Shown here: positions 47,395-58,773 of the stretch, piece after piece | How positions within the stretch are numbered: position 1 is the stretch's first letter | How the letters are laid out: every line of letters begins with the position of its first letter | Origin: Sphaerodactylus townsendi | Taxonomy: Eukaryota | Assembly: GCF_021028975.2 (NCBI RefSeq) | Contig: NC_059427.1 | Coordinates: 8,246,001-8,310,000 of the forward strand | DNA: 64,000 bases | Direction of reading: 5' to 3' | Notes under the pieces: generated by a model | Seen by the model: only the letters and a program-made list of their open reading frames with translations | What the model was told of the DNA's origin: nothing | Databases searched by the model: none | Translations under genes and position numbers: made by a program

Positions 47395-50016
47395 ATGGAG
47401 CACAGACAACGAAAGAAAAAGGAGAGTGGAGCACAAGCACGGAAGAGACGAAAGTTGGCAGCGGAGGAGGCAAAGAAATCAAGCCAAGTCCTCTTGACTT
47501 TCTGTAAGAATCCTCAATCAGTTTCTTCAATCCAGTCTGAGGAGTCAACGGGTCCTTCCACAAGTTTCCCAGTAGCAGAGGTTGGATCTAGTGCAGCATT
47601 CTCAGGAGCAGAGGAGGATGTGGGGATGGCTACATCAGAGGGTGTTGAGATGGAGGAAGATGAAGAGATTTTACCTGGGAAGTCAGAACCTGTTGACACA
47701 CCTGAACCTGGTGAGCCGGAGGGTGTCGAGGAGTGTTTGACTGCCATGCAAAAAGTCATCCTAAAGCATGATGTGGGGCTTCTGCCGTTCGATGAGCAAA
47801 CCCAAAGACCACAGATCTCTGATGCACTGAGAACACAAATGGTGCAGATGGGATTCAGGTATTTTCAGAATAGCGAGGGGCCTTTCAAACCCATACCACC
47901 CCGAAATCGTCGAATGACCGAAAGGTGGTTCAAGATGAGATCAGGAGATGGTCAGGGTAAGGAGGTGACTCGATCATGGCTCATGTATTCACCCTCCAAA
48001 GGGACAGCATTCTGTTTCTGTTGCCTTCTGTTTTCAAGATCAGACGTTCAGTCTGCGTGGGAGAGGGAATCTGGGTTTGACCAGTGGAAAAGAAATAACA
48101 TGGTTATTCTTCATGAAAACGGGAGCAATCATCGGGAGTGCTTTACCCAGTGGAAATTAATGGAGAGAAATTTGGCCAAGAGCAGAGGAATGATTGACAC
48201 TGACCTACAGACAGAGGTTGAGAAGGAGAGGCAGAAGTGGCGTGACATTTTCAGCAGAGTCCTAGACTGTGTAAAAACCCTTGCGATCCAGAACTTGCCT
48301 AATCGAGGCCACAGGGAGTCATTTCAACTGGATTATGAATCCAATGTGGGAGATTTCCTGGAGTTAGTTAAGTTGCTGACTCGCCGTGACCCTGTCATGA
48401 AACAGCATCTTGCTAACATCCAAAGTGATCTAGGCGCAGTTTCTTACCTTTCACCAGGTATCCAAAATGAATTCATCCACCTCATGGCTTCTGCGGTTCG
48501 TCAGAATATACTGAGAAAGATTCGTTCTGCCAAGTACTATGGCATCATGTTTGACTCAACTCCTGATCTGGCACACAGTGACCAGATGTCAGAAGTTGTT
48601 AGGTATGTGGAAATTGATGCTGAGAGCAGAAAAGTCCGTGTTAGAGAGTCCTTTCTTGGTTTCATCTGGATCCACAAGAAAGATGCAGAGAGTTTGACTG
48701 GGGAAATCTTGAGACAGCTGGAGAAGGACAAACTGGATCTGGAGGATTGTCGGTCACAATGCTACGACAATGCTGCTGTAATGGCTGGACTCAGAAGTGG
48801 TGTACATCAAAGAATAACTGAAAAAAACCACCTGGCTTTGTCCATAAATTGTGACTATCACTCACTCAACTTGGTGGGTGTTCATGCAGCCTCACAAGAA
48901 CCAAAGATGGGCACATTTTTTGCAGACTTAGATGCTCTGTATGCGTTTTTTGCGAATTCAGACAAGCGCTGGGCAGAACTCAAAGGGGCTGTGCCTTTGA
49001 GTCTCAAGTCACAGTCTGAAACCAGGTGGAGCGCAAAGGCAAAAGCAATGAAACCAGTCCAGAGGTATCTTAAGAATATAATCAAACTTCTCCAGAACAT
49101 GGTAGATGATAGAGAAGAGACCGATGAATCAAGGCGTGAAGCGAAGGTACTGGTCAGATGCCTGTTGAGTTATGACTTTCTGACTTATGTAGGGTTTTGG
49201 GACAAGGTACTTGGTCGCATTGACCTTGTTCAAAAGAAGCTGCAGAATCCCAGCATAAACTTTCACGATGCTGCCCAAGATCTAAGATCTCTCCGAGATC
49301 ATTTTGATGCTAACAGAGACATTTTGGTCAGTGAGTCAATTGGTGAAGGGCTTCGTCTGTGCCAGAAATTCAATGTTGAATTTGAATGTTGTAGAAGATA
49401 TAGGAAAGCAATGCCTGGTGAGACAGCAAGAGACTCAGGGTTAACAGCAAAGGAGGAAATGGAAGGCAGTATGAAGGCAGCACTAGATCATCTTCACAGA
49501 GAGATGAACGAAAGGTTCACTCGTTTGCACAGCATCGATACCAACTTTGGATTCCTCCTTGATGTCGAGAAACTGTGTTATGGCACTGACATACAAGACC
49601 TACAGGAGAAGTGTGTGAATTTAGGCAATTTCTACAGCAGTGAAGTGGATGGGCAGAAGCTGTATCAAGATATTTTGGACTGCAGAATGCTACTGACAGG
49701 GCGGGATGGGCTGCGGATATCTAGTCCTGAACAGCTTCTTGAATTCATTGTTCAGTTTGGAGATGAGTTCACCTTCTTCAATCTTATTGTTGCTACCAAA
49801 ATACTGCTAACCATTGCAGTTTCCATTGCCAGCTGTGAGCGAACTTTCAGTAAGTTGAAACTGATACTTTCATATCTGAGAAGCTCAATGGGTCAGCAAA
49901 GACTCTGTGATCTTGCTCTGCTGAGTGTGGAAAGAGAAGAGACAGAGAAGACGAACTTTGATGACATCATCGACAGATTTGCATCAGCAGAGGCTGGGAA
50001 GGTGCCTCTAATGTAG
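47395..50016 (+). CDS. Intact hAT-family transposase-derived protein, 873 aa (ZMYM1-like: TTF zinc finger, DUF4371-like region, DDE core, hAT C-terminal dimerisation domain); probably domesticated
   Basis: Uninterrupted ORF; basic NLS-like RKKKESGAQARKRRK; WLMYSPSKGTAFCFCC...GFDQWK...HENGSNH; D in GIMFDSTPD (48553), D in QCYDNAAVM (48766), CDYH, ETRWS, E in ASCERTFSKLKLI (49837); Kozak ACAATGG after the tcacag| acceptor at 47362; AATAAA 50418. Confidence 0.92.
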   Translation: MEHRQRKKKESGAQARKRRKLAAEEAKKSSQVLLTFCKNPQSVSSIQSEESTGPSTSFPVAEVGSSAAFSGAEEDVGMATSEGVEMEEDEEILPGKSEPVDTPEPGEPEGVEECLTAMQKVILKHDVGLLPFDEQTQRPQISDALRTQMVQMGFRYFQNSEGPFKPIPPRNRRMTERWFKMRSGDGQGKEVTRSWLMYSPSKGTAFCFCCLLFSRSDVQSAWERESGFDQWKRNNMVILHENGSNHRECFTQWKLMERNLAKSRGMIDTDLQTEVEKERQKWRDIFSRVLDCVKTLAIQNLPNRGHRESFQLDYESNVGDFLELVKLLTRRDPVMKQHLANIQSDLGAVSYLSPGIQNEFIHLMASAVRQNILRKIRSAKYYGIMFDSTPDLAHSDQMSEVVRYVEIDAESRKVRVRESFLGFIWIHKKDAESLTGEILRQLEKDKLDLEDCRSQCYDNAAVMAGLRSGVHQRITEKNHLALSINCDYHSLNLVGVHAASQEPKMGTFFADLDALYAFFANSDKRWAELKGAVPLSLKSQSETRWSAKAKAMKPVQRYLKNIIKLLQNMVDDREETDESRREAKVLVRCLLSYDFLTYVGFWDKVLGRIDLVQKKLQNPSINFHDAAQDLRSLRDHFDANRDILVSESIGEGLRLCQKFNVEFECCRRYRKAMPGETARDSGLTAKEEMEGSMKAALDHLHREMNERFTRLHSIDTNFGFLLDVEKLCYGTDIQDLQEKCVNLGNFYSSEVDGQKLYQDILDCRMLLTGRDGLRISSPEQLLEFIVQFGDEFTFFNLIVATKILLTIAVSIASCERTFSKLKLILSYLRSSMGQQRLCDLALLSVEREETEKTNFDDIIDRFASAEAGKVPLM

Positions 50017-50979
50017 GGCCTTCATCTGTGCTTTGGAGCAAATATTGTCATGGAGTTCTCCAAAAGCTCATTCGGTGAGCTGACTCTTACAATTCTCCTT
50101 TTTTTTTTCACAGTTTGGAGGGAAAGGCAGATCCTGTGATCTCAGTTTGCTGAGTGTGGAGAGAGGACCTTGAAAGATGGATTCTAGAGTGTAATATCTA
50201 TATTGTGCAGTAAATACAGAAATGTTGTGAGAATACCCTTAAGATATCATCCCTTGTTGTTTTTATTGAAATGTCTATTAATTGAAGAATACTTTTCACA
50301 ATATAAAGGTTTGTGACTGCAACAAATCCATACCATGGAAGACTTTCCAATTTATCTTACAGAAATCTTTGTACTTTATTCTGAGTATTACAAGAGAAGT
50401 TATTTTGTAAAGACTGTAATAAAACATTCTGAAAGCATTTTAAGTCATATGACACTTAAAACACTTTAAAGCATTATAACAGTTGTAAAGCATTTTGAAA
50501 ATGTTGTCAAAAGTTTTTTATTTCCAATGTGTGGCTTGGGCCATTGCTGTGTTCAGATTTGTCCATTGGGGCATGTTCTATAATGTGATGATGACTTTGA
50601 GATGACCTATGCAAAAAAAAGTTGTTTGGTTGTGATGGAGGAGGGTGGAAAACTCAGATTTTGCACCGGGCTACAAGGCAAAGGTAAGCAAGAGAGGCCA
50701 GAAGAACTCTTTATAGAGTAAGTCAAAGCTAAGGACAGATTTCTTGAATCTTTGGGAGATCAGTTTTGGATCAGACAGAGAACAAAGCACAGCCGCAAAA
50801 GATATGGCTGGGTGTCCATCCCTCTGGTTCTTTCTAACAAAGAGAACCAAGGATAGTCTTACTATACAGAGTTGAATGTTGCTGGACAGAGGCTATGGAT
50901 GGTAGAACATGGGACCCAGAGAGATTCCCTCACAGGCTGCCCAGTCTAGGGACCTTCTCCCTCGCCTCACAGATCTTTA

Positions 50980-51860
50980 TCCTTCCAGGTATTCCCCCTA
51001 TTCCCAACTGTTGAGAATAAAAAGGAACTCTATTGAAAGAACTGATTTTGTTACCGAGAGTCAACGACTATGTTCTGTTTTCAAACAATGAGGTTACCCA
51101 ATCTCCATCTTACATGGAGCACGGAATAGATTAGAAGGTCGCATTGATCTTCTCAACACCAAATCAAGACAGCAGAGAACTGAAAGACTAACAGTAGCCT
51201 TTGATTACACTCCTGGTATAAATGCCACTATAAATGTGATATATAAGCATTGGCACTTATTGAATGGAATCCCGGGTTGTTCTGAATCTCCTAAAATAGG
51301 TTACAGAAAAAAATACGAACCTAAAGCAGATGCTGGTGAGCTCAGACTTGTTTAAAGAGAATCAGCCTACTCTTATCATGCAGGGCCACTGTAGGTGTGG
51401 ACACTGTGCAGCTTATCCCAATTCATTTGATATAAAACCTTTTTCACCCTTTTATGAACAAGATATGGCATCTGAAGCAGCTGAGTACATGCAATACTTG
51501 CTGCTGTGCGTATGTGATTATATGCCCTTGCCCTCTTCTATATGTGTAGGCATGACGACCAGATCTGTTAGACATTTTTTGGAACATACCTCCATGGTGC
51601 GCAACTGCAAACAAGACTCTCCATTGTCAGTACACTGTAATCAACTTGGACACTCTTTTAGGGATCTTTCCTTTTTTGTTATCTCAGTTTTTAACAAAAA
51701 GAGGTTTGCATATGCAGATATTAATAAATCCCTTTTACAAATGGAAATTAGATGGATCCATTTATTACATAGTCAAACTGAATGGGGTTTTTATTGTGGA
51801 TTTAGATTTTTCCTGCTTTCTGTAAAATGTGTAAGAATTACTTCTAGGGTAGAGTGAATA
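50980..51860 (+). mobile_element. Degraded Penelope-like element (RT thumb plus GIY-YIG endonuclease)
   Basis: PYSQLLRIKRN...GYP thumb motif; CRCGHC, VGMTTRSVR..EH, SPLSVH and LLQMEIRWIHLL GIY-YIG motifs. Confidence 0.75.
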
Positions 51861-52114
51861 TCTTTAAGGGGTTAATCCCAAGGACTTGATCATTCAACAC
51901 ACCTGTTTCTAGTTAAATAGGTTGTCTTTGCATTTGGGCAGATTATATTCCATAATTAAGTCAGAAGGAGATACTTTTGGATTAACTTCCTAAAAAGCAA
52001 GTCTGGTTAAACTCTTATTTTTGGTTAAATCCTCATTTTTGGAGGAGAATAATAGCAAACTAGAGCTATTGACATTAGATATGCTGTAAGAGAGGCATCA
52101 ACTATATGAGATTA

Positions 52115-52353
52115 TTGAAGGCTTTCATGGCCGGATTCAACTGGTTGTGGTGGGTTTTCCGGGCTGTGTGGCCATGGTCTGGTAGATCTTGTTCCTAACA
52201 TTTCGCCTGCATCTGTGGCTGGAATCTTCAGAGGTGTATCACAGAGAGAAGTCACAGTGTGTAACTAGACACAGTGTGTACAGACTTCTCTCTGTGATAC
52301 ACCTCTGAAGATGCCAGGCCTGAAACTAAAGCTTCAATAGGAACAAGATCTAC
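52115..52353. mobile_element. Penelope-like pseudo-LTR hairpin fragment
   Basis: Same family as the 40106 copy; inverted arms cttcagaggtgtatcacagagagaagtc / gacttctctctgtgatacacctctgaag. Confidence 0.7.
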
Positions 52354-53700
52354 TATTCATGACCAACCAAACTTGAGAGTTTGTAGGTATGAATGTAGTG
52401 TGAATGAATTATTCCGGGGGTGAGTGGTATAACAGTCGAATAAATAAATAAATACATTTTCGTGTAATATTTTTCATGTTTTCACATTATTAAACATTTG
52501 CACTTTGGTATGTCAAGATTTGCTGAGTGAGACAAGAGAAGGAGGTAGGGGTTTTTCAATATTTCTCCCCTCTCTTTGTATCCTTTCTAGGAAGTGCAGC
52601 TCTATCACAAAACTTTATCATGTTCACCTTATAGTAGGAGGCATCTTTCTGCCTCCACCATTTCCATCTCCTTAGAGGTAGGTTATGCTGAGATTGTGTA
52701 ACTGGTCAATGATCGGCCATGGCAGAGCAGGAATTTGAACCCAGGTCTCCTAGATCCTAGCTCAACACTCTAAACACTACACCACACTAGCTTGGTTCTG
52801 GCCAGGAAAGTCAGCTTTCTAATCCCACAAGTCGAAGGCTGGTGGTGGTTTCTCAATGGGATGGTCACTCTGTTCATGCTCAGAGGCACTGTCAGTGGAA
52901 ATCCAAAATGGGGTAAACGGGACCTTTCACAGACTGATAAGGAATATAAAACTGCCCTTACAAAGACAATGGGATACTAATTGCAATCATTATAAAGGTA
53001 TTTATTACATTTATGCTTCACCCCACCCACCAAAGGCATTTTACAAAATGTAACAATTTAAATTGCAGTAATAAATACAGCTTATGCTGGTTTTGTTCTA
53101 AAGTATCTATCTGGTTTTCCTTGCCTTTCCTCCAAAGTGCTCAGAGCTGCATTCTCTCCTCCTCCTCCCTCTTGCCATAGCAATAACCCTGCAAAGTAAG
53201 CTGGGCTGAGAGATGCATGGTTCTCTGCGGTATCATTACAATAACCCTGCAAAATAAGTCAGGCCCAAAAAGTATAACTGGCTAAAGGCCAGTCCAAATG
53301 CATGAGCATTTGAACCTGGGTCTTGCCAGTCATAGTCTTGCACACTAATCCCTACAAAATACTTCCTTGTGTGAACTGCTTTACTCTGGACAAACTTGAC
53401 ATGAATTAGTACTTTCCTTGGAGGAAACCTGAGAATGAAAATGTGATCCACAGAACTTGATCCATTGTGCCTTTTAGTGTCCTTCAACATGGAGATATGT
53501 TCCTTGCAGATATTTCCAAGATCTTAGGGACAGAACAACATATGCCACTTTGGGTTCCACTGGACAGAAAGGCAGGGTATAAATGCAGTAAACAAGTAAA
53601 TAAGTTTTTGCCCTTTTGTGGCATTTCAGACATTACACAGAATGGGATCAACTTTTCCCGCATTCTGAGCATTTATAAAATTTCTGTTGGGTGGATATCT

Positions 53701-54070
53701 TTAAAGATGTTTCTTCTGGCTGAATTTCTTTCCACACTCTAAGCACATATAAGGCTTCACCCCTGTGTGACTTCTATGATGTACATTAAGTTTATCACGT
53801 GTCCTGAACAACTTTGCACACTCTGAGCACTTGTATGGTTTCTCTCCAGAATGAATTCTTTGGTGTATAACAAGGTACGATTTAGTAGAGAAGCTCTTCC
53901 CACACTCTGTGCAGTTATAAGGTTTCTCCCCTGTGTGTATCCTTTGATGCCGTAGGAGATGGGCTCTGTATAGAAAGCTCTTCCCACACTCTGAACATCT
54001 GTGGGGCTTCTTTTCGTGGTGCATCCTGAGATGTTTAGTAAATTGGGTTTGAGTTGAAAAGTTCAGTCCA
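53701..54070 (-). pseudogene. 5'-truncated C2H2 ZNF terminal exon (3 intact fingers, the next one ending at a stop)
   Basis: [33 protein letters not shown]...; the upstream sequence is replaced by duplication copy B at ~54071. Confidence 0.75.
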
Positions 54071-54380
54071 CACCATACCAGGCAAAAGATTCTCTTGAGG
54101 AGGGCAAAAGTTGAAAATCTCCATAGCCCCACATGGCATTCAGCTGTGACCAGTGCAAGACCTCCACAGCCAAAAGGCTCAAGAGTCCACCTCTTTCAGA
54201 TGGGGGGTGGGGGTGTCCATGGAACCAACTGCATTCCTCCCCCACAACCGCAACAACCTCTCCAACCTTTCCATGCCTAACTAAGGTTGCAAACCAATCC
54301 CGTGTGCCTCGGCCCTATATCTGTCGCATGAGTTTAGATCTACAGGGATGGGGGGGGGGGATCCTCTTGTTGGTCTGGAG

Positions 54381-54528
54381 CAGGGGTAGGGAACCTGCGG
54401 CTCTCCAGATGTTCAGGAACTACAATTCCCATCAGCCCCTACCAGCATGGCCAATTGGCCATGCTGACAGAGGCTGATGGGAATTGTAGTTCCTGAACAT
54501 CTGGAAAGCCGCAGGTTCCCTACCCCTG
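54381..54528. mobile_element. Palindromic hAT MITE, copy-B-specific
   Basis: TIR CAGGGGTAGGGAACCTGCGG; TSD gtctggag/g-ctggag; empty site in copy A at ~44877. Confidence 0.9.
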
Positions 54529-54686
54529 GCTGGAGGGAAAACTGGCCCCTTGCTGCTGCTTGGTGTGGGTCCATCTCCAGTTCAGAGGGACGGGTGCAGA
54601 GATGGCAATCCTTTTGGGAAGCTGAGGAGGGGCCAGCCTGACCTCCTCCTTAGGCCCTGCTCTGCACGTAGGGCCTAGCCCTAGAC

Positions 54687-54834
54687 CAGGGGTAGGGAAC
54701 CTGCGGCTCTCCAGATGTTCAGGAACTTCAATTCCCATCAGCCTCTGTCAGCATGGCCAATTGGCTATGCTGGTAGGGGCTGATGGGAATTGTAGTTCCT
54801 GAACATCTGGAGAGCCGCAGGTTCCCTACCCCTG
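54687..54834. mobile_element. Palindromic hAT MITE, copy-B-specific (same family)
   Basis: TIR CAGGGGTAGGGAACCTGCGG; perfect TSD CCCTAGAC; empty site in copy A at ~45022. Confidence 0.92.
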
Positions 54835-55019
54835 CCCTAGACAGATCCCTTTGCAGGCTGCCCACCGTCTCCCCCGTTCTCCGCCCCACAACCTTCCAGG
54901 CATCCCCCGGTTCCGGCTCCAGCCACGGTCCTCCAACTCTCCAGCAAACAAAGCCGGATCGACAAAGGAGGACGTTTGAGGAATTGAGTGTTTTTGGACC
55001 TCCTTAAGCATCCTAGGAA

Positions 55020-55940
55020 ACGCGGCTCGTTCACTTTAACTCTTTATAGTCCACGTAGAAATAGGGCTGCTTGGTCCCTCGGGGGTTGGGACCCGCAGCT
55101 TGGAGGGAGGGCGCGCGTTGTGTGTGGGCCGGGCCGGGGGCGGCGCTTGCACCTAAAGTCCTGAATGGCCTTGACGTCAGCAGCCGTGAGGCCAGACTCG
55201 TCGCTGCCTGCACCTGAGCGGCGCCAGCGGGAGCAGCCGCCTTTCCCGCCCAGCAAGAGGAGCCGCCGCCGCCGCCTCCTCCTCTTCTTCCTGCGCTGCC
55301 CATCAGCACCTCCTCCGCGCGCCCTCCGCGCCTCAACTTTCAGCTCTGCCTCCCGGCGGCAAGTCTCCGGCGTCGCGCGGCGCGGCTCGGCGCTCCTAGA
55401 GAGGAGATTTCCACGCAAGTAGGTGAAGAGCCAGCGCCGTTTTCTCGCTCCAGCCACGTCCCTAGTGGGGGAGTCGATGATCAGCCCTTCCTCTGAGAGA
55501 GACGGGGGCGCATCTGCCAGAGGGACACGGGAAGGGGGGGGGTCACGTGTCCCCGGGCGCACACATGTGATCACGTGGGGGGGGCGTCCGGGTACAAAAT
55601 CCCCCCCCCAAGCCCTGTCTGCTGCGGGCCCTGCCAGGCTGCCCGAGACCGCTAGCCCGGCTGAGGGGCGCCCGGAGGTGGGCCCCCCGACAGGTTCCCA
55701 ACCCTTCTGTGAGAAAATGGCGCCCAGGGCCCAGCCTGCTCCAATGCTCCCTCCCCCCCCCCACCCCTCGTGGACCCAGGCAGCCTGGCTGTGGTAAGTG
55801 GGGGGCGGGGGCCGCTGGAGCAGGCCGGGCGCCATTTTCTCCCGGTACCCACATCCCAAGTTTGAGACCTTCCACCGTTGCTGACGTGGATGCCCCCCTA
55901 CAGATGCAAAAACCAAGGTCAAGCTGCTTGTGGTGAGCTC
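55020..55940. promoter_or_regulatory. CpG island, duplicate of 45250-46140
   Basis: CRE, E-boxes, YY1-like site and both splice donors are retained; CpGs are not depleted. Confidence 0.65.
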
Positions 55941-55980
55941 TTGGATTTGGAAATTTGCAGGACTAAATGTGAGCTGTTCT

Positions 55981-57554
55981 TAAGAACATAAGAACAAGCC
56001 AGCTGGATCAGACCAGAGTCCAGCTAGTCCAGCTCTCTGCTACTCACAGTGGCCCACCAGGTGCCTTTGGGAGCTCACGTGCAGGAGGTGAAAGCAATGG
56101 CCTGCTGCTGCTGCTGCTCCCGAGCACCTGGTCTGCTAAGGCATTTGCAATCTCAGATCAAAGAGGATCAAGATTGGTAGCCATACATCGACTTCTCCTC
56201 CATAAATCTGTCCAAGCCCCTTTTAAAGCTATCCAGGTTAGTGGCCATCACCATCATCATCCTGTGGCAGCATATTCCAAACACCAATCAGACGTTGCGT
56301 GAAGAAGTGTTTCCTTTTATTAGTCCTAATTCTTTTCCCCAGCATTTTCAATGGATGCCCCCTAGTTCTAGTATTGTGAGAAAGAGAGAAAAATTTCTCT
56401 CTGTCAACATTTTCTACCCCATGCATAATTTTATAGACTTCAATCATATCCCCCCTCAGACGTCTCCTCTCCAAACTAAAGAGTCCCAAACGCTGCATTA
56501 CTCTCCTCATAAGGAAGGTGCTCCAGTCCCTCAATCATCCCTCGTTGCCCTTCTCTGCACTTTTCCTATCTCCTCAATATCCTTTTTTTGAAGGATCACG
56601 GCGACCAGGGCGGATTTTGTTACTCAGTGCTGAGTCATGCCACTGCCACTTTAAATAAGGGCATGACAATCTTTGCAGTTTTATTCTCAATTCCTTTCCT
56701 AATTATCCCCAGCATAGAGTTTGCCTTTTTCACAGCTGCGATGCATTGAGTTGACATTCCCATGGAACTATCAACTAAGGCGCTAAATCCTTTCCTGGTC
56801 TGTGACTGATAGCACTGACCCCTGTAGCGTGTATGTGAAGTTTGGATTTTTTGCCCCTATGTGCATCACTTTACATTGTGCTACATTGAACTGCATTTGC
56901 CATTTCTGAGCCCACTCACCTAATTTATCAAGGTCCGCTTGGAGCTCTTCGCAATCCTTTGTGGTTCTCACCACCCTACATAATTTGGTATCATCTGCAA
57001 ACTTGGCCACCACGCTACCCACCCCCTACTTCCAGGTCATTTATGAATAAGTTAAAGGCACTGGTCCCAAAACGGATCCCTGGGGGACACCACTCCCTAC
57101 ATCTCTCCATTGTGAGAATTTCCCATTTACACCCACTCTTTGCTTCCTGTTTCTTAACCACTTTTTAATCCATAGGAGGACTTCCCCTCTTATTCCTTGA
57201 TTGCTGAGTTTTCTCAATAGTCTCTGGTGAGGAACTTTGTCAAAAGCCTTTTGGAAATCCAAGTAGACAATGTCCACTGGTTCCCCCTTATCCACATGCC
57301 TGTTTACACCCTCAAAGAACTCTAGTAAGTTTGTAAGACAGGATTTGCCTCTGCAAAAGCCATGCTAACTCTTTCTCAGCACGTCTTGCTTTTCTACATG
57401 TTTAATAATTTTATCTTTAATGATAGATTCTACTAATTTACCAGGATCAGATGTCAAACTGACTGGCCTGTAATTTCCCGGGTCCCCCCTAGATCCTTTC
57501 TTAAAGATTGGTGTGACATTGGCCATCTTCCAGTCTTCAGGGATAGAGCCTGAT
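55981..57554 (-). mobile_element. 5'-truncated CR1 LINE, same family as 37067-39194, in the 5'UTR intron of copy B
   Basis: taagaacataagaac tail; RT motifs YLDFQKAFDKVPH and FADDTK; absent from copy A (gagctgttct|tttcttttta). Confidence 0.92.
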
Positions 57555-57586
57555 CTTTCTTTTTAACCATTGGTGCTGCCATTCTC

Positions 57587-57896
57587 CAGAGGCATAGCTG
57601 GTCCATACTGCGCCCAGTGTGCACTTTGTGTTTTCCGCCCCCCGCACAGCCCTTCCATGCCCTTACCTTAGTTTAGCCTGAAAAAGCAGCCTGTTCCCTT
57701 CAGGCTGAAAACAGCCTGTTGGGAACTACACTTCCCATGAGACCTTGGGGCTTGCAGGAACAGGCCGCTCCTCCAGTCTGCTGTGTTTCTCCAATGTAAG
57801 CATTTGCCCGGGGGGGGGGGGGGGGGGGGAGGGAGCGATTTTCTGCCCCAGGCATGCGCCTGGTGCAATGCACATCCCCCAGTAGCTCCGCCTCTG
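57587..57896. mobile_element. hAT MITE predating the duplication
   Basis: CAGAGGCATAGCT...AGCTCCGCCTCTG; TSD ccattctc/ctattctc. Confidence 0.8.
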
Positions 57897-58773
57897 CTAT
57901 TCTCCCTCTCTTTTTCTCTTATTTTTAAACAAATGTTAAAGAACCTGATAACTAGAAATGAAATGCAACTGGTGTGAGCTGAATTGTAGACTTCTTCATG
58001 GGTGTCTAATGGCTAGGATTAATGTAGATAAATAAACAGTAGATTGTTAGCTCAGCCCAGTGGGGCACTGTTGAATTCTGGGCCAAAAAGACTTACTGAG
58101 TCTGTCTCCTGGGGTTTCAGTGAGGATAACTTCTTGTAGGTTATGTCCTCTAGGTTGTGGTTGATCAGCCTAGCAACCCAGATAAGATGAGAAATTAGAA
58201 AGTGGGTTTGGAAAAGTTTTAAAATGGGATGGACTAAAGAAATGTTCTGCACATGTACCAGAGCCCTTCGGGGGTGGGCGGTCTATTAAATTTAAAATAT
58301 AAATACGTAAATTATTCACTGCTTTGTATAAAAGGTCTGGCCCCACAGAGAGAAGAATAATATTATGCCTTCTTCTTAAAAGACTTTCTCCCTGTTGCAT
58401 GTGCATATGAATGCTTATTCATATTTCACTGTGTTGCCAACTGGCCTGCAGATATAAATCCTGGGTCTGTTGCAGCCAATTGCTCTGGTCTGTGTTTCAG
58501 TAAGATTCTGTTTTAAGGAGGCTTACATGGTGAATTAGATTAACTTGTGCACTGCCACACATGCCAACTGGCCTGCATTTCAGCACTGTCTTCCTGTTGC
58601 ACGTGCCTCTAAAGCATGTAATTTGTTAGGGATAACACTACAGCCTCTACTATGTTTGCTCTGCCTGCCTCTCTACAGTTCACAGCTTTCTCCTGCATTG
58701 GCAAGTTTGTTGGAGATGTAAAATGTCCTTCATTATCACAGGTGAAAAGCAGTTGGTGTGTGCGGCTACCACT

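Larger units (their letters stand above)
44554..50670 (+). repeat. Segmental duplication, copy A (CpG island plus hAT transposase gene)
   Basis: Colinear with 54071-62130, from caccagaccaggcaaaag through the transposase 3' flank. Confidence 0.92.

Noticed and set aside
40584-50016. SCAN- or KRAB-transposase fusion gene (SCAND3/KRABINER-like)
   Set aside because: All SCAN/KRAB exons are on the minus strand and the transposase is on plus, so cis-splicing between them is impossible within this window.
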